This document shows positions 61,093 to 64,000 of a stretch of DNA of 64,000 bases, in pieces. The stretch spans positions 18,647 to 82,646 of the forward strand of contig CAZHKE010000011.1 of the NCBI GenBank assembly GCA_964532485.1. Direction: 5' to 3'. How positions within the stretch are numbered: position 1 is the first letter of the stretch; each line of letters starts with the position of its first letter. This DNA comes from an uncultured Bifidobacteriaceae bacterium. Its GTDB lineage: Bacteria > Actinomycetota > Acidimicrobiia > IMCC26256 > PALSA-555. The notes beneath the pieces are model-generated. The model saw nothing but the letters and a program-made list of their open reading frames with translations. It was not told where the DNA came from and did no database searches. Both the position numbers and the translations under genes were made by a program.

Positions 61093-62217
61093 ATGGAGCT
61101 CGAGTTCACACCCGATCAGGAAGAGCTGCGCGACACGGTGCGCTCGGTGCTCGCCCGAGAGTGCCCACCGAGCCTCGTGCGGGCGGTCATCGACGACTCG
61201 ACCAAGGCGCTGTCGTTGTGGTCACAGATGGTCGGGCTCGGGTGGCCCGCGCTGACGATCGCGGAGGACGCGGGCGGCATCGGCCTCGGACCGGTCGAGC
61301 TCGCGGTCGTCGTGGAGGAGCTCGGCCGCGTCATCGCGCCGGGGCCCTTCTTCGCCACCGTGACCCAGCTCGTGCCGGTGGTCAAGGCGCTCGGCGCGCC
61401 CGAACAGCAAGCACAGGTGCTGGGCGCGGTCGCCCAGGGGGCGGCGACGGGAACGCTGGCGCTCACCGAGCGCGGCGGCACGTCGTTCGATCCGGCGAGG
61501 GTGCAGACGCTCGCGACCCGCGTCGACGGCGGTTGGCGGCTCGATGGCCGGAAGGCCGGCGTCCTGTCGGGCAGCGAGGTCGACGAGCTCGTGGTGATCG
61601 CGCGCGTCGACGACACCGACGGGGTCGGCGCGTTCCGCGTGGCCCGTGACGACGCCGTGCTCGAACCGGCCGAGCCGATGGATCCCACTCGCTCGCTGGT
61701 CGACGTCGTGCTCGACGGCGTGCACGTCGACGACGAGTGCGTGCTCGGGGAGCCGGGGGCGGCGTCGCTCGAGCCCGCGCGCCGAGCGGTCGACGAAGCC
61801 GTGACGGCGCTCGCGCTCGAGACCGTCGGAGCATGCCAGTCGATCCTCGACATCACGCTCCAGTACGCCAAGGAGCGCGAGCAGTTCGGCGTGCCGATCG
61901 GGTCGTTCCAGGCGATCAAGCACAAGCTCGCCGACATGCTCGTCGCCGTCGAGCGCGCTCGAGCGACCGGGTACTTCGCCGCCGTCACGCTCGCCGAGGA
62001 CGATCCTCGCCGGTCGCTCGCCGCGTCGACCGCGAAGGTCGCCGCCGGTGACTGCCGACGGCTCCTCGCGAAGGAGGGCATCCAGATCCACGGCGGCATC
62101 GGCTACACGTGGGAGCACGACATGCACCTCTACGTGCGCCGGGCCACTGCGGACAGTCAGCTCCTCGGCACCGCGCGCGAGCACCGCGCGCGGATCGCCG
62201 ATCTCCTGGGCGTCTAG
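61093..62217 (+). CDS. Acyl-CoA dehydrogenase family protein
   Basis: The ACAD fold pattern is present (...QFGVPIGSFQAIKHKLADM...IHGGIGYTWEHDMHLY). Confidence 0.9.
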   Translation: MELEFTPDQEELRDTVRSVLARECPPSLVRAVIDDSTKALSLWSQMVGLGWPALTIAEDAGGIGLGPVELAVVVEELGRVIAPGPFFATVTQLVPVVKALGAPEQQAQVLGAVAQGAATGTLALTERGGTSFDPARVQTLATRVDGGWRLDGRKAGVLSGSEVDELVVIARVDDTDGVGAFRVARDDAVLEPAEPMDPTRSLVDVVLDGVHVDDECVLGEPGAASLEPARRAVDEAVTALALETVGACQSILDITLQYAKEREQFGVPIGSFQAIKHKLADMLVAVERARATGYFAAVTLAEDDPRRSLAASTAKVAAGDCRRLLAKEGIQIHGGIGYTWEHDMHLYVRRATADSQLLGTAREHRARIADLLGV

Positions 62218-62230
62218 CGCCGGCCGGGGA

Positions 62231-62992
62231 TCAGGTGAAGACGATCTCCCAGATCGCGTACCACACGACCACGAGCACCAGACCGGCCCCGATCGCACGG
62301 CGATGGTCGTCGAAGATCCAGTTCGTGACGTTCTGGCCCTTGCCGCCGATCAGCCCGAGGGCGCTGAGCTCGAGCACGGCCCAGATCACCGCGGTGATGA
62401 TCCAGTAGACGGCCCGGTTGTCCTCGGTCGTGAAGTTGCCCCCGACGCTCCAGAAGTGCGACGTGAACACCATGAACATCAGCATCGGGAACGAGAAGAT
62501 CGTGTTCATGCGGGACGCGAGCAGCGCGGTGCGGCCCGCATCGGCCGCGGCCGGGTCGGCCTGCCCCCCGCCGATGACGTTGCGGGCGTTGGCGATCACG
62601 ACCTTCTGCTTGGGCCAGATCACGAGCCACACGTTGAGGAACATCGTGATGCCCAACAGCATCCCGGTGGCGATGCTGACGCCCGGCACCGACTTGAAGT
62701 AGCCGTCGGTCAGGAACGCGCCGTCGCCACCGCCGGCGAGCGGGATGAAGCCGATCAGCAGGCCGAAGAGCAGGGTCGCCGCGGCCGCCCAGCGGAACCA
62801 CCACAGCGCTCGTGAGGCGATCTTGTCGGTCACCTCGTTGCGGGTGCCACCGTCGAGCTGCGCGAACGCGGGCACCTGCACGAAGTTGAAGTAGTAGAGC
62901 AGACCGATCCAGGTGATCCCCGAGAGGATGTGCGCCCACCGGGATGCGCTGTTGAGGCCGTAGTTGTCGAAGATGTCCAGTGCCAGCACCAT
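62231..62992 (-). CDS. Integral membrane protein resembling the N-terminal membrane domain of urate hydroxylase PuuD (function uncertain)
   Basis: It has 6-7 TM segments. RWAHILSGITWIGLLYYFNFVQ resembles that domain family as I recall it. AGGAGG lies upstream of the start. Confidence 0.6.
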   Translation of the reverse strand: MVLALDIFDNYGLNSASRWAHILSGITWIGLLYYFNFVQVPAFAQLDGGTRNEVTDKIASRALWWFRWAAAATLLFGLLIGFIPLAGGGDGAFLTDGYFKSVPGVSIATGMLLGITMFLNVWLVIWPKQKVVIANARNVIGGGQADPAAADAGRTALLASRMNTIFSFPMLMFMVFTSHFWSVGGNFTTEDNRAVYWIITAVIWAVLELSALGLIGGKGQNVTNWIFDDHRRAIGAGLVLVVVWYAIWEIVFT

Positions 62993-63082
62993 CGTGCGGC
63001 CCCCCTCCTGCGTCGTGGCGATCCGGGCGGCAACGTAGCACCGTCACGCCCGAGCGCGAAGGACCGGCTGCTGCGTCCGACC

Positions 63083-63577
63083 TCAGAGGTCGGGCGAGCG
63101 GGGGTCGGAGCCCGCCGCGGCCTCCATCGGCTCCCGCCGCGGGACGACCATCGACGAGAAGTCGGCGAACGCGATCACGTTGCCGGGCGGGTCGGTGACC
63201 CGGATCTCCACGACGATGAGCATCCGGCCTGCCCGCATCAGCCGCGCCTGCGCGGTGACGGTGTCACCCTTGGGGCGCCCGAGGTAGCGCACGTGGAGGT
63301 CGGCGGTCACGAGGCTCTGGGTGACCGGGTCGAAGCCCGACGCCCGCGCCGCGCACGACCCCGCGGCGACGTCGATCAGGGTGGCGATCGCGCCGCCGTG
63401 GAGGTTGCCCGAGGCGTTGAACGCCTCGTCGCGCACCGGCATCGAGACCCGCACCACGCCCGGCTCGTCGGTCTCGTGGAACCGGAAGCCGAGCAGCGAG
63501 TGCAGCGGCGTCTCGTGGAAGATCACCCGGAGGTGGTCGAGCAGCGCGTCGCCGCGCAGGTCTGCCGGCTCGGTCAC
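63083..63577 (-). CDS. PaaI/4HBT-type hotdog-fold thioesterase
   Basis: NASGNLHGGAIATLIDVAAG is present. GTG 63577 overlaps the upstream stop (GTGA). Confidence 0.85.
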   Translation of the reverse strand: MTEPADLRGDALLDHLRVIFHETPLHSLLGFRFHETDEPGVVRVSMPVRDEAFNASGNLHGGAIATLIDVAAGSCAARASGFDPVTQSLVTADLHVRYLGRPKGDTVTAQARLMRAGRMLIVVEIRVTDPPGNVIAFADFSSMVVPRREPMEAAAGSDPRSPDL

Positions 63578-64000
63578 AGTGGCGAATCTATCTGGGGCCC
63601 TGCGGTCGCGGGCCCTGCGATCGGGTCGTCGAACGAGACCGGCGTGAGCGCCCCGGCCGCGTCGACGTCGAGCTCGGTGACCGAGGCGTGCCCGGGCATG
63701 CAGCACACGAGCCGGTCGTCGCCGGTGGCGGCACCGACGGCGGTGTTGATGGCCACGTAGTGCGTGAAGACCACGGCGTCGGACTCGAACGCCGCGAGCC
63801 GGTCGAGGAGCTCAGCGCGCCAGCGGTGGAGGTCGGGCGCGACCTCGGTCCAGCGTGCTGCGAGCACGCCGCGGAGCCAGGTCCCTCGGGCATCGAGGTC
63901 GTCGACGGGTGAGGGCACCTCGCCGACCGCGGGGACCACGATCGCCGCGGTCCCCCACCGTCGCGCGAGCGGCGCCGCGGTCTCACGGGCCCGGCGCAGC
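63574..64000 (-). CDS. Histidine phosphatase (phosphoglycerate-mutase-like) family protein, 5' end beyond the right window edge
   Basis: The frame stays open to nt 64000. The upstream codons read ...LRRARETAAPLARRWGTAAIVVPAVGEV..., typical of this family. The C-terminal region includes VVFTHYVAIN. Confidence 0.7.
   Translation of the reverse strand, partial: LRRARETAAPLARRWGTAAIVVPAVGEVPSPVDDLDARGTWLRGVLAARWTEVAPDLHRWRAELLDRLAAFESDAVVFTHYVAINTAVGAATGDDRLVCCMPGHASVTELDVDAAGALTPVSFDDPIAGPATAGPQIDSPL

Overview
Very GC-rich (by eye above 70% G+C, with strong G/C bias at codon position 3), gene-dense chromosomal segment of actinobacterial type. A deep-branching class such as Acidimicrobiia is a low-confidence guess. 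I saw no rRNA, tRNA, CRISPR array, transposase or prophage gene. About 70 CDS are supported.

Layout:
(1) nt 1-18,614, minus strand: a complete division/cell-wall (dcw) cluster, mraZ-rsmH-ftsL-ftsI-murE-murF-mraY-murD-ftsW-murG-murC-murB-ftsQ-ftsZ-pgeF-yggS-sepF. sepF runs off the left edge. Most junctions are 4-nt ATGA/GTGA stop-start overlaps.
(2) 19.0-24.4 kb: an HNH endonuclease, a small membrane protein, and a divergent MoxR ATPase / DUF58 / transglutaminase operon.
(3) 24.4-33.1 kb, mostly minus strand: MerR, DUF3040, then oxidoreductase-DinB-NUDIX coupled by overlaps, PIG-L deacetylase, SDR, threonine aldolase, TesB and phosphofructokinase.
(4) 33.1-46.1 kb: glycerol kinase, PlsC, an aminotransferase, and a long minus-strand array (ferredoxin-reductase-like, crotonase, MFS, GT4, membrane protein, SRPBCC, small acidic protein, ROK glucokinase, LLM oxidoreductase).
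(5) 46.1-62.2 kb: acyl-CoA / beta-oxidation-like catabolic genes. These are an ADP-forming acyl-CoA synthetase, crotonases, an SCP-x-type thiolase with a DUF35 partner, MerR, an amidohydrolase, a tandem-fused family III CoA-transferase, SDRs, a MaoC hydratase, TetR, FadD and an ACAD.
(6) 62.2-64.0 kb: a membrane protein, a PaaI thioesterase and a histidine phosphatase cut by the right edge.

Many long ORFs in the six-frame track are antisense or out-of-frame shadows typical of high-GC DNA. I also trimmed many ORF 5' extensions to starts supported by family N-termini, Shine-Dalgarno (SD) sequences, overlap coupling and GC3.

I found no convincing wholly new multi-gene system. The best second-look items are:
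- an in-frame 144-codon acidic/proline-rich region upstream of the canonical FtsZ start
- a large structured element between mraZ and rsmH, which is probably the known mraW RNA motif
- a NUDIX-dinB coupled operon
- a tandem-fused CoA-transferase with one apparently degenerate half
- a candidate 42-codon ORF divergent from a MerR gene
- several operator-like palindromes

All calls come from reading the sequence and translations. No database search was run.
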